A stretch of 39,733 nucleotides of DNA. It comes from a virus. Taxonomy: Duplodnaviria > Caudoviricetes. The position numbers were made by a program, and so were the translations under genes. The notes beneath the pieces were generated by a model. It saw only the letters and a program-made list of their open reading frames with translations. It had not been told where the DNA came from and did no database searches. Below are positions 28,398 to 36,888 of the stretch, piece after piece (positions within the stretch are counted from its first letter, which is position 1; the number at the start of each line of letters is the position of its first letter). The DNA lies in the IMG/VR virus record IMGVR_UViG_3300043174_000063, positions 1 to 39,733 of that record; one strand, written 5' to 3'.

Positions 28398-28428
28398 GGC
28401 CGCATAGGATAAAGAAAGGAGAAAGAAG

Positions 28429-28677
28429 ATGAAAGAAAAAATTGAGCGAGCGGCAGCGAGGGAAGCGAACGGCACGCACCTGCTCGGCGAGATCAGCGGC
28501 GTGAGCTTCGACCGGATCCGCAAGAGCCTGGGCGAGCCCGAAGGCGGCGACGAGGTTGATCGGATCACCGACTGGCACGTCGGCGCGCACGACCTCAGCG
28601 CCTCCGAGGCCCGCGAGATTATGGCCGCCCTCTGGATGCTGCTGGGCGGCAACTACAACATCGACAGGAGGATCTGA
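28429..28677 (+). CDS. Early hypothetical protein
   Basis: RBS AAGGAG; first gene after early promoter. Confidence 0.65.
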   Translation: MKEKIERAAAREANGTHLLGEISGVSFDRIRKSLGEPEGGDEVDRITDWHVGAHDLSASEAREIMAALWMLLGGNYNIDRRI

Positions 28678-29168
28678 TGAACGCCAACACCGACTTCCCC
28701 ACGAAGCTCTGCGACAGCTGCCGGCACTGCGAGCGCTGGAACGGCGATTGCCGGATCTGCGGATGCGCCCAGAACCCCGGCGACTACTGCGACGGCTACG
28801 AGGAGATGAGCGAGGCCGAGGCCATCGCCCAGGACGAAGCTGCCGCGGCCGACGAGAAGATGGGACCCGGCTTCGGATCCGACAAACCCTGCCACCGGAT
28901 GAGCTTCGAGGACTTCTGCCGCCTCCCCGGCAACAATCGCCCCGAGCCGCGCCGCGCTGCTGCCGCTCGGCTTCCCAAGACCCGCCAGACCAAGAGCCGC
29001 TACCTCGTCTGGATTAAGATCAGCGGCTCCCCGAGAACCTCCTCCTGGCGGGTGCTGCTCGAGACGGAGGAGCTGAGCCTCGCCTACCTCGCTTTTATGA
29101 ACTGCCTCTATGAGACGCGGCTCTACGACTACAAGAAGAACGTACAGCTGCTCGTCGAGGCGCTCTGA
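28677..29168 (+). CDS. Early protein with Cys-rich, zinc-binding-like N-terminus
   Basis: CDSCRHC...CRICGC......C; TGATG coupling. Confidence 0.6.
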   Translation: MNANTDFPTKLCDSCRHCERWNGDCRICGCAQNPGDYCDGYEEMSEAEAIAQDEAAAADEKMGPGFGSDKPCHRMSFEDFCRLPGNNRPEPRRAAAARLPKTRQTKSRYLVWIKISGSPRTSSWRVLLETEELSLAYLAFMNCLYETRLYDYKKNVQLLVEAL

Positions 29169-29434
29169 TGAACGCCTACATCAGCCGCCGCGACTGGGAA
29201 CGGCACATCGAGGAGGCGCTCGGGATGAGCCTGCCGCGCCACGGCGGCGATCCCGTGCTTTGGATCGAGGCGATTGACAAGCACCGCGCCGGCTGCCCGA
29301 TCTGCGACGCGCGCGTGCGCACGCAGCGCCGCAACATCCGCGCCGCGGCGGCCCGGGCGGCCCGCGAGGACTGCTATCGGAGCCTCGGGATGACGAAGGG
29401 CAAAACCGCCCTCGGGCGGACAATCTGGGAATAA
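29168..29434 (+). CDS. Early hypothetical protein (H...CPIC motif)
   Basis: TGATG coupling; basic helical C-terminus. Confidence 0.6.
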   Translation: MNAYISRRDWERHIEEALGMSLPRHGGDPVLWIEAIDKHRAGCPICDARVRTQRRNIRAAAARAAREDCYRSLGMTKGKTALGRTIWE

Positions 29435-29447
29435 AGGAGAAGAAGAG

Positions 29448-29654
29448 ATGGCGACGAAACTGAACGGCAAGGTGGAGCGCGAGGTCGAGGTCCCCGGCAT
29501 CGGCCGGCCGCTGATCGTCGCGCTCGACGCCGAGGCCAAGTGCCTCTGGCTGCGCGAGAAGGGATGCCACAAGAGCTACCGGCTGCCGCTCTACACGGCC
29601 TTCCTGCTCGCGATCCGCTCGGACAGCACCGAAAAGAACGGAAAGGAGAAGTAA
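29448..29654 (+). CDS. Early hypothetical protein
   Basis: RBS AAGGAG; 68 aa. Confidence 0.6.
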   Translation: MATKLNGKVEREVEVPGIGRPLIVALDAEAKCLWLREKGCHKSYRLPLYTAFLLAIRSDSTEKNGKEK

Positions 29655-29655
29655 C

Positions 29656-29967
29656 GTGAACGCGAAGAAGATCGAGAGCTACCTCAGCGCCGAGGATCCG
29701 AACAACTACGAGGACGCCTTCTTTGTCGCCACGGTCCAGATGACCGAGACCGACGTGCGCCGGCTGATGGCGCACGCCATCCACGAGGCGAAGCTGTCGG
29801 ACGACTACATCGACATCGAGGAGGCCTGCGACACCGTCAAGGAGCTGCGCGCGATCCTCGAGCGCGGCCGCGGCGATCTCGAGAAGGCCATCTCCTACGA
29901 CCGCGAGCAGATGCGGAAGAAGGCGGCGAGGGAGAAGGCAGCGAAGGAGAAGGAGGAGGGCGAATGA
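29656..29967 (+). CDS. Early hypothetical protein
   Basis: GTG after AAGGAG; acidic then charged helical sequence. Confidence 0.6.
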   Translation: MNAKKIESYLSAEDPNNYEDAFFVATVQMTETDVRRLMAHAIHEAKLSDDYIDIEEACDTVKELRAILERGRGDLEKAISYDREQMRKKAAREKAAKEKEEGE

Positions 29968-30401
29968 ACATCCTCATCGCCACGCAGCAGACGCAGGGCG
30001 CGCGCAAGTCGGACTTCTGCCACGCGCGCGAGGGCGAGGTCGTGACCTTCGGATCCGAGTGCGACGGCGAGAGCGTGGACGGCGGCTGCGGCTGCCGGCG
30101 CTCGCTGATCGGCTGCGAGACGCTGAAGGGGACGACCACGATGAAGGTCGTCGAGAGCCAGATGGATCTTCCGGCGCTCGCGCTCTGGATCGCCGAGAGC
30201 TATCGGCGGGCCGGGTGGGAAGCCTACTCGAGCGCCGAGGACATCAAGGCGATGGCGACGGTCGACGCGCGGCAGCTGATTTACCTGGCACGCCACTTCG
30301 ACGTCGGGGACATCGTCGAGCGCCGCGGCAAGATCTACCGCCAGCGCACGGATCCGGCGCGCCGGCACGAGCGCGTGAGGGAGGTGGGGCGTGGACGTTA
30401 A
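29964..30401 (+). CDS. Conserved hypothetical protein with Cys cluster
   Basis: MNILIATQQTQGARKSDFC..EGE.V...CD....DGGCGC.RS..G....GTTT; ATGA overlap. Confidence 0.65.
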   Translation: MNILIATQQTQGARKSDFCHAREGEVVTFGSECDGESVDGGCGCRRSLIGCETLKGTTTMKVVESQMDLPALALWIAESYRRAGWEAYSSAEDIKAMATVDARQLIYLARHFDVGDIVERRGKIYRQRTDPARRHERVREVGRGR

Positions 30402-30588
30402 GAGCAAACCGAAGCTGAAGATCGTCGGGGCCGACGGCAACGCCTTCAACCTCCTCGGCCTCGCGCGGCGGGCCGCGCAGAAGGCCGGGATGCCGCACGA
30501 GGAGTGGGCGCAGATCCTCGAGGATGCTATGGCCGGCAGCTACGACAACCTCCTCTGCGTCCTGATGGAGCACTTCGATGTCGAATAA
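30391..30588 (+). CDS. Conserved small phage protein
   Basis: G.DGNAF.LLG...A..G.YD.LL motif; GTG after GGAGG. Confidence 0.7.
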   Translation: MDVKSKPKLKIVGADGNAFNLLGLARRAAQKAGMPHEEWAQILEDAMAGSYDNLLCVLMEHFDVE

Positions 30589-30886
30589 GCTGACGGGCAT
30601 CCGATCAACTGGGCGAGGAGCCAGCAGAAAATTGAACGTAGCGCAGCACACGCGCAAACACAACGCGCCTGATCTCGTCGCCGAGAGCCGCAAGCTGTAC
30701 GACGTGCGCGTGCGCGTGCGCGCCCACGGGGGCATCGAGGACACCTATGTGGGCGGGGTCGACGGCTTCGCGCTGGCCGACTACGTGGAGACGGCGATGC
30801 TGGCGCGCTGCCGGCGGCTGCGGCTGCACGAGCACGCCAACAGGAAACACGGCTGCGTGAGGATCCTCGTCCAGCGGCTGCGCTGA
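30578..30886 (+). CDS. Hypothetical basic protein
   Basis: Overlaps previous stop and fills the gap before the promoter region. Confidence 0.45.
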   Translation: MSNKLTGIRSTGRGASRKLNVAQHTRKHNAPDLVAESRKLYDVRVRVRAHGGIEDTYVGGVDGFALADYVETAMLARCRRLRLHEHANRKHGCVRILVQRLR

Positions 30887-30927
30887 GCGCAACGGCCGAG
30901 ATTCTTTGCCGTGAGGCAAGAAAGAGG

Positions 30928-30955
30928 TTGCACCTCGAAGACTTTATCATATAAT
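30928..30955 (+). promoter_or_regulatory. Sigma70-type promoter with inverted repeat over -35
   Basis: TTGCAC (30928-30933), 16 nt, TATAAT (30950-30955); GAGGT-TGC-ACCTC inverted repeat at 30924-30936. Confidence 0.7.
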
Positions 30956-30980
30956 TGGCTATATAAAGGAGAACGAGGCG

Positions 30981-31286
30981 ATGACCAAAAACGTAGCGCC
31001 GGCAGCGCTCGAGCTGCTCAAGGCTCAGCTGACCGGCGCGGATCTGCGGCGGGTGCTTGCCGAGAAGGGGATTTCGAAATACCGGCTCTCGAAATCCACC
31101 GGCATCTCCTACCAGACCCTCTGCACGTGGCAGCGCGCCGCCGGCCGGCCGTCGAATCGTTCGGCGCTGATCGTCGGCGTCTATCTCGGGCTCATCAAAC
31201 CGACAGAGGCCGATTTACTCGAGCTGCGGCAGCAGATCGCAGAACTCCAGCAGCAGCTCGACCGCATCTCGGCCGCTGCGGCCTAA
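30981..31286 (+). CDS. Cro/CI-like helix-turn-helix regulator with coiled-coil tail
   Basis: LRRVLAEKGISKYRLSKSTGISYQTLCTWQR...RPS. Confidence 0.85.
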   Translation: MTKNVAPAALELLKAQLTGADLRRVLAEKGISKYRLSKSTGISYQTLCTWQRAAGRPSNRSALIVGVYLGLIKPTEADLLELRQQIAELQQQLDRISAAAA

Positions 31287-31308
31287 TCTTATCGGAGGAG
31301 GAAGAAGA

Positions 31309-32628
31309 ATGACGGACGAGACGAAAGTCCCGGTGGCGGAGACGGCGGTCGTCGTGGCATCCCACTACGATCTCCTCGACACCGACCCCGGGCGCGCCCG
31401 CAAGGCGCTCAAGGCGATCAAGGACTTCCAGGCGGTCTGCCGGGAGGTTCTGGTCGAGGGGTTGGACTACGGCACCATCCCCGGCTGCGGCGACAAACCC
31501 TCGCTCTTCAAACCGGGAGCCGAGAAGATCTCGAAGCTCCTGAATCTCTTCGAGGAGTACGAGTTTGTCGAGCGCATCGAGGACTGGGATAAGCCGCTTT
31601 TCCACTACGTGATCCGCTGCACGCTGCGCGACATCGCGTCTGGCGTGCGGGTGGCCTCCGGCCTCGGGGAATGTAATTCCTGGGAGTCGAAGTACCGCTA
31701 CCGGTGGGTCGCCGAGACGCAGCTGACCGAGAGCGAGAAGATCGGCGCGCTCAAGCGCGGCGGCATCCAGACGCTCTTCGAGCCGAAGTTTGCCGTCGAG
31801 AAGAAGGAGGCCTCCGGCCGCTACGGGAAGCCGGCCGAGCATTGGCAACGCTTCGAGGATGCGATCCGCGACGGCAAGGCGCGGCAGGCCACGAAGGAGA
31901 AGCGCGACGGCGGCACGATGGCCGGGTGGGAGATCGACGTCGACACGACGCTCTACCGCGTGCCGAACCCCGAGATCTTCGACCAGGTCAACACGATGGT
32001 CAAGATCGCGAAGAAGCGCGCGCAGGTCGACGCCACGCTCTCGGCGGGCCGGCTCTCGGAGCTTTTCACGCAGGACTTGGAAGATCTCGTGGACGCAGTC
32101 CCAGAGAGCCTGCCGCGGCCGGCTCCAGTCGCCGCGCCGGCTGCCTCCAGTCCGGCACAGGGCAGCGGATCCTCCACGACCAGTGGCGCACCCAAGCCGG
32201 CTCCAGTCGCCACGCCAGAGCCACCCAAGAGCGGCCCGAAGCCGGCCACAGCGCCGGCCAAGAGCGCCAGCAAACCGGCCGCAGCGCCGCCCGCATCGAA
32301 GCCGGCCGCGGATCCCGGGCCGGAGCCTTCCGATGCCGACTTTGCGCTGCTGAGCGAAGAGGAGGCTCCCGACGCCCTACCGCTCGACCCGATCACGCCC
32401 AAGCGCCTCTGTCAGATCTTCGACCGGGTCAAGGCGGTCAAGGAGCGCGGCAAGTTCTCGGACGAGAAGGTCTACGGCACCATCGGCCGCGAGGTCAAGA
32501 AAAACTTCAACCTCGACATCGCCGAGATGTCGGACGTGACAAATCAGATCGGCGACTTCATCCTGGATCTGCTGCTCCGGTGGGAGAACTTCCTCAAGAA
32601 CGGAGGCAGCAATGGCGCGCGCAGCTGA
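31309..32628 (+). CDS. Putative single-strand annealing / recombination protein with Pro/Ala linker
   Basis: G.DYG.IPG..KP.L.KPGAEKI, G.G.CNSWE.KY, NT.VK.AKKRA.VDA.L......S..FTQDLED motifs; paired with exonuclease. Confidence 0.6.
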   Translation: MTDETKVPVAETAVVVASHYDLLDTDPGRARKALKAIKDFQAVCREVLVEGLDYGTIPGCGDKPSLFKPGAEKISKLLNLFEEYEFVERIEDWDKPLFHYVIRCTLRDIASGVRVASGLGECNSWESKYRYRWVAETQLTESEKIGALKRGGIQTLFEPKFAVEKKEASGRYGKPAEHWQRFEDAIRDGKARQATKEKRDGGTMAGWEIDVDTTLYRVPNPEIFDQVNTMVKIAKKRAQVDATLSAGRLSELFTQDLEDLVDAVPESLPRPAPVAAPAASSPAQGSGSSTTSGAPKPAPVATPEPPKSGPKPATAPAKSASKPAAAPPASKPAADPGPEPSDADFALLSEEEAPDALPLDPITPKRLCQIFDRVKAVKERGKFSDEKVYGTIGREVKKNFNLDIAEMSDVTNQIGDFILDLLLRWENFLKNGGSNGARS

Positions 32629-33277
32629 GCAGCTTCAGGAGAAGCTACGCGCCCACGGCCCGTACTTCAACAAGGCCGGCCTCGAGGTCGTCTCTTTGAC
32701 GACCTTTCTCGACGTCCTATCGCGCCCGAAGCTGATCCGGTGGGCGCACGATCTCGGGCGGGCCGGCATCGACTACGACGCCTATATGTCAGACCTCGGG
32801 GACGTCGGCACGCTTGCGCACCGCCTCTGCCTTCAAGATCTGCGCGGCGTGCCGGCTCCCTACGACGAGTACTCGAAGAACGTCCGTGATCGGGCCGAGA
32901 CCTGCTTCATCAAATTCCTCGACTGGAAGAAGCGCCATCACCTGGAGCCGCTTTCAGTCGAGAAGCCGATCCTCAGCGAGCAGTATCAGTACGGGTGCAC
33001 GCCCGACTTCTACGGCCGCATCGACGGCCGGCTGAACGTAATGGAGATCAAGACCGGGTCGGCGATCTACGACGACACCTGGGAGCAGGTCGCCGGCCAG
33101 CGGCTCGCGCTGATCGAGCTGGGCGTGCCGGTCGAAGAAGCGAGGATCCTCAGAATCAGCCGGCTCCCCGAGGAGGGCTTCGAGGAGGCCGTGCGCCAGG
33201 ATCCACTTCACTCCGAGGAGATTATCGTCATCTCGGCGCGCCGGATCTGGGAGGAGCGATTCCGGAGGCCTGCGTGA
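32612..33277 (+). CDS. PD-(D/E)XK exonuclease (phage recombination type)
   Basis: S.TT.L..L..P.L..WA, GT..H, E, YG.TPD, EIKTG..IY....Q motifs. Confidence 0.8.
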   Translation: MARAAEQLQEKLRAHGPYFNKAGLEVVSLTTFLDVLSRPKLIRWAHDLGRAGIDYDAYMSDLGDVGTLAHRLCLQDLRGVPAPYDEYSKNVRDRAETCFIKFLDWKKRHHLEPLSVEKPILSEQYQYGCTPDFYGRIDGRLNVMEIKTGSAIYDDTWEQVAGQRLALIELGVPVEEARILRISRLPEEGFEEAVRQDPLHSEEIIVISARRIWEERFRRPA

Positions 33278-33495
33278 GGTTTTTCGCCTCGCCGCCCGAC
33301 ATCGCCCCACAGAGCGTGCTGAACGCCCGGGACGGCGTCTGGCAAGAGCGCAAGCGGCTCTGGATCGCCCTCGGCATCAAGTCCGAGATCGGCCGCGGCG
33401 CGGATCTTACTTACTCTGGCGAGGCGATCACCACGCAGAACCTCAACTTCTACAGGAATCGCGAGAAGCAGCGAGCGAAAAATGGCAAACGGTGA
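33274..33495 (+). CDS. 73-aa paralog of the methyltransferase N-terminal segment
   Basis: GTG overlaps the nuclease TGA; SVLNARDGVWQERKRLWIALGIKSEIGRG matches TILNAREGAWQARKDAWISLGIRSEIGRG in the next gene. Confidence 0.7.
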   Translation: MRFFASPPDIAPQSVLNARDGVWQERKRLWIALGIKSEIGRGADLTYSGEAITTQNLNFYRNREKQRAKNGKR

Positions 33496-35374
33496 ATTCT
33501 CCCCATTCGGCAAAGACCTCTTCGGAAACCCGATCCGGCCGCAGTGCTCCGGCACGATGGCCGAGCGATTTATGGTGCCACCTTTCACGATCCTCAACGC
33601 CCGCGAGGGAGCTTGGCAGGCGCGCAAAGACGCTTGGATCTCCCTCGGCATCCGCTCAGAGATCGGGCGAGGCGACAATCTCTTGAACTTCTCGGACACG
33701 GTGCGGCTGCCCTCGCGCAAGGCGAACGCGGCCGCCTATAAAGGACAATCAGATCTCAACGCCATAATGAACCAGCGAAAAGACCTTTACTCGGATCGCA
33801 ACACTCATCTCGCAGAAGAGGCGCGCTCCAAGCTCGGCGTCTACGAGTGCTACGACGGCTCGGGGACGCTCGAGAAAGCTGACGGCGGGCCGACCGGCAC
33901 CTCGATCTTCGACCCGGTGCTCTGCGAGCTGATGTACCGGTGGTTCTGTCCCCCGGCCGGCCACATCCTCGACCCCTTCGCCGGCGGCAGCGTCCGCGGC
34001 ATCGTCGCCCATCTTCTCGGGCGGCGCTACACGGGGATTGAGCTTCGGCCGGAACAGGTAGCCGCCAACATCGAGCAGGCGCGGCTCGTCTGCGGCGCGG
34101 CTGCGGATCCGGTGGAGCCGGAGGATAACGAGGCGGCCCCGACCCCGGTTCAGAACTTCGCCGGCATCTGGGTCAAGCGCGACGATCTCTACTCGATTGC
34201 CGGCGCGCGCGGCGGCAAGGCGCGCAGCTGCTGGGCGCTCGCCCAGAAGGCCACGAAAGGACTTGTCACGGCCGGCAGCCGCAGCTCGCCGCAGGTCAAC
34301 ATCGTCGCCCACATCGGCCGGCGGCTCGGCCTGCCCGTACGCGCGCACGTGCCGAAGGGCATCCTCTCGCCCGAGCTGATCCTCGCGCAGGAGGCCGGGG
34401 CAGAGATCATCCAGCACGACGCCGGCTACAACAGCGTCATCAAGGCGCGCGCCAGGGTGGACGCCGACGAGAGCGGCTTCACCGAGATTCCTTTCGGAAT
34501 GGAGCATCTCGAGGCGGTCGAGCTGACTGCGCTCGAGGTCATCAACATCCCCCTCGAGGTCAAGCGCCTCGTCGTGCCGGTCGGATCCGGCCTCACGCTG
34601 GCCGGCATCCTGCGCGGCCTCGCCGCGGCCGGCCGCGATCTTCCGGTGCTCGGAGTCAGCGTCGGCGCAGATCCCACGCGCATTCTTGACAAGTACGGGC
34701 CGCCGCTCTGGAGGAAAATGGTCGAGATCATCCCGGCCGGGGTCGACTACCACACGGAGGTCGACGCCTCGCTCGGGCCGATCAAACTCGACCCGATCTA
34801 CGAGGCGAAGTGCGCCGCCCACCTGCGCCCGGGCGACTGCCTCTGGATTGTCGGGATCCGGCAGTCGGCAACGGCCGGCCTCGAGGGATTGCCGCGCTAC
34901 GTGATCGGATCCTCGGCCGACGTCGAGACGCTCGCGCCCGATCAATACGACTTCATCTTCGGCTGCCCACCCTACTACGATCTCGAGGTCTACTCGGATC
35001 TCCCGGGCGAGCTTTCGGCGCTGGCAACCTACGCCGACTTCAGGCAGCAGTACCAGCAGATCATCACGGCCTGCTGCTCGCTGCTGCGGCCGGACCGTTT
35101 CGCCTGCTTCGTCGTCGGCGACATCCGCGACGAGAAAGGCTACAACCGGCTCTTCCCACAAGACACGGTGCAGGCATTCGAGATGGCCGGCCTGCGGCTC
35201 TACAACACGGCCGTGCTCGTGACCTCGGTCGGCTCGCTGCCGATCAGAACGGGCCGGCAGTTTAAGGTCAGCCGCAAGCTCGGCCGCACCCACCAATACG
35301 TCTACGTCTTTGTCAAAGGTGATCCGGCGCGCGCCACAACGGCGCTGGAGGACTTCGAAGGAGAAGGAGAATGA
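33482..35374 (+). CDS. DNA amino-methyltransferase (N6A/N4C type) with inserted fold-type II PLP-dependent domain
   Basis: Motif I LDPFAGGSVRG (33968-34000), YTGIEL, motif IV CPPY (34964-34975); insert ~34139-34860 with PTP, VKRDD, GGK, VVPVGSG.TLAG, LDPIYEAK. Confidence 0.85.
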   Translation: MANGEFSPFGKDLFGNPIRPQCSGTMAERFMVPPFTILNAREGAWQARKDAWISLGIRSEIGRGDNLLNFSDTVRLPSRKANAAAYKGQSDLNAIMNQRKDLYSDRNTHLAEEARSKLGVYECYDGSGTLEKADGGPTGTSIFDPVLCELMYRWFCPPAGHILDPFAGGSVRGIVAHLLGRRYTGIELRPEQVAANIEQARLVCGAAADPVEPEDNEAAPTPVQNFAGIWVKRDDLYSIAGARGGKARSCWALAQKATKGLVTAGSRSSPQVNIVAHIGRRLGLPVRAHVPKGILSPELILAQEAGAEIIQHDAGYNSVIKARARVDADESGFTEIPFGMEHLEAVELTALEVINIPLEVKRLVVPVGSGLTLAGILRGLAAAGRDLPVLGVSVGADPTRILDKYGPPLWRKMVEIIPAGVDYHTEVDASLGPIKLDPIYEAKCAAHLRPGDCLWIVGIRQSATAGLEGLPRYVIGSSADVETLAPDQYDFIFGCPPYYDLEVYSDLPGELSALATYADFRQQYQQIITACCSLLRPDRFACFVVGDIRDEKGYNRLFPQDTVQAFEMAGLRLYNTAVLVTSVGSLPIRTGRQFKVSRKLGRTHQYVYVFVKGDPARATTALEDFEGEGE

Positions 35375-36039
35375 CAGACAACAACCGGGAGCTGGTGGTT
35401 CAATCCGTCAGCATCCTCGAGCAGGCGAAGCAGCTTATCATCCTCGACCAGGAATCGCTGGAATTCGTCAGCCGCTTCTTGGACAACATCCGCGACTGGC
35501 GGGCGCGGATCGCCGAGCGCTTGGATCCGCTCATCCAGGCCGCCCACAAGGCGCACAAAGAGGCGGTGGCGCTGAAGAAGGAGGCCGAGGAGCCGCTGAT
35601 CGCAGCCGAGGGGCTGGCGAAGAAGATGGTCGGCGACTACCTCGAGGCCGAGCGCCGGCTGCGCGAGGAGGCCGAGAGGAAGATCCGCGAGGCCGAGGAG
35701 GCGAAGCGGAAGGCCGACACAGAGCTGGAGAAGGCGGCGCTTCTCGAGCAGGTCGGCGCAAACGACAAAGCGGCCGAGCTGATGGCCGCGGCGGAGGCTA
35801 TTGAGGCGGCCGCGCCGAAGCCGGATCCGCTGCCCGAGAAGGCCGTAGCGCCGGGACTGACGACGCGCGAGGTCTGGCGCTACGAGATCACCGACCCGAT
35901 GAAGCTGCCGCGAGCCTACCTGATGCCGGACGAGTCGGCCATCGGCGCAGCTGTGCGCACCCAGAAAGCGCGCTGCGAGATCGCCGGCGTGCGGATCTGG
36001 ATGGAGAGGGTTTCGGTATTTTCAAACCGGCGCGCCTGA
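35371..36039 (+). CDS. Conserved phage coiled-coil protein of replication/recombination modules
   Basis: Long E/A/K/R coiled coil, then W.YEI.D..KLPR.YL.PDE..I...V......I.GVRI. Confidence 0.7.
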   Translation: MTDNNRELVVQSVSILEQAKQLIILDQESLEFVSRFLDNIRDWRARIAERLDPLIQAAHKAHKEAVALKKEAEEPLIAAEGLAKKMVGDYLEAERRLREEAERKIREAEEAKRKADTELEKAALLEQVGANDKAAELMAAAEAIEAAAPKPDPLPEKAVAPGLTTREVWRYEITDPMKLPRAYLMPDESAIGAAVRTQKARCEIAGVRIWMERVSVFSNRRA

Positions 36040-36053
36040 GAGGAGCGAGGAGG

Positions 36054-36872
36054 GTGAAGAAACAGGGGACGCTCAAATGGATACCCCTCTACGTCGACAA
36101 ATGGCTCTACGGATCTACGCGCGAGGAGCTGGAGCCGGCCGAATGCGCCGTCTGGATTGACATCCTTGCGCTTGCCGCAAAGGACGACGGCTATATCAGG
36201 GCGAACGAAGGCTTCCCGTATTCGGTGCGACGTCTTGCCGGCCTGCTCGGACGCGACGAGGAGCTGATCGGCCGAACCATAGAGAAGTGCCTCGCGACCT
36301 TTACGGCGAATCCAGAGGAGCGCCCAAAGCTGACGCGCCTCGCCGACGGCACCCTCTACGTCACAAACTGGGAGGAATATCGCCTGTCGGAGCGCCACGA
36401 GCGGCGCTTTCAGCCGCCCGCGGCCGCAGTACCGGCCACCCCGGCCGACACTCCGGCCAGTAGAGGAGAGGAGAGAGAGAAGAGAGTAGAGAAGAAGAGA
36501 GTAGATATATCTGTGCCGGACGCGCGCTCTCTTATTCCTCCGATCATCGAGAAATGGAACCTCTTCGCCCGGGCACACAACATCCCGTGGATCCGCGGCA
36601 TCGAGGCCGGCAGCACCCGGGAGCGCCACCTGCTGGCGCGGATGCGGCAGCCGGGGTTTGACTTCGACAAACTGCTCGAGGCAATCGACGCGCAGCCGTT
36701 CCTCCTCGGAGAGAATCAAAGCGGCTGGATGTGCGACTTCGACTTCGTGATCACGCCCTCGAAGTACCAGAAAATCCTCGAGGGCGGCTATTGTAAGAGC
36801 GCAGCCGGGGCAGCGCGGGCGCGCGGCCTCGACTCCCCGTACGTAGGATCTAACCGCCACTGGCGGAAATAA
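36054..36872 (+). CDS. Replication initiator / replisome organizer
   Basis: N-terminal W..LY...L, ..W..ILALA...G, V.NWEEY; charged linker; C-terminal FLLGEN..GW.CDFDF....K..KILEG.Y. Confidence 0.75.
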   Translation: MKKQGTLKWIPLYVDKWLYGSTREELEPAECAVWIDILALAAKDDGYIRANEGFPYSVRRLAGLLGRDEELIGRTIEKCLATFTANPEERPKLTRLADGTLYVTNWEEYRLSERHERRFQPPAAAVPATPADTPASRGEEREKRVEKKRVDISVPDARSLIPPIIEKWNLFARAHNIPWIRGIEAGSTRERHLLARMRQPGFDFDKLLEAIDAQPFLLGENQSGWMCDFDFVITPSKYQKILEGGYCKSAAGAARARGLDSPYVGSNRHWRK

Positions 36873-36888
36873 TCTATCAGGAGGCACA

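Noticed and set aside
32995-33273. N-terminal part of the 166-aa ORF 32995..33495
   Set aside because: Out-of-frame overlap with the exonuclease; only the portion from GTG 33274 looks protein-like
32612-33277. Cas4 / CRISPR association
   Set aside because: Lacks the four-Cys Fe-S motif; context is phage recombination
34139-34860. Insert in the methyltransferase as an intein or homing endonuclease
   Set aside because: No Cys/Ser start with His-Asn end and no LAGLIDADG/HNH motifs; PLP-enzyme motifs instead
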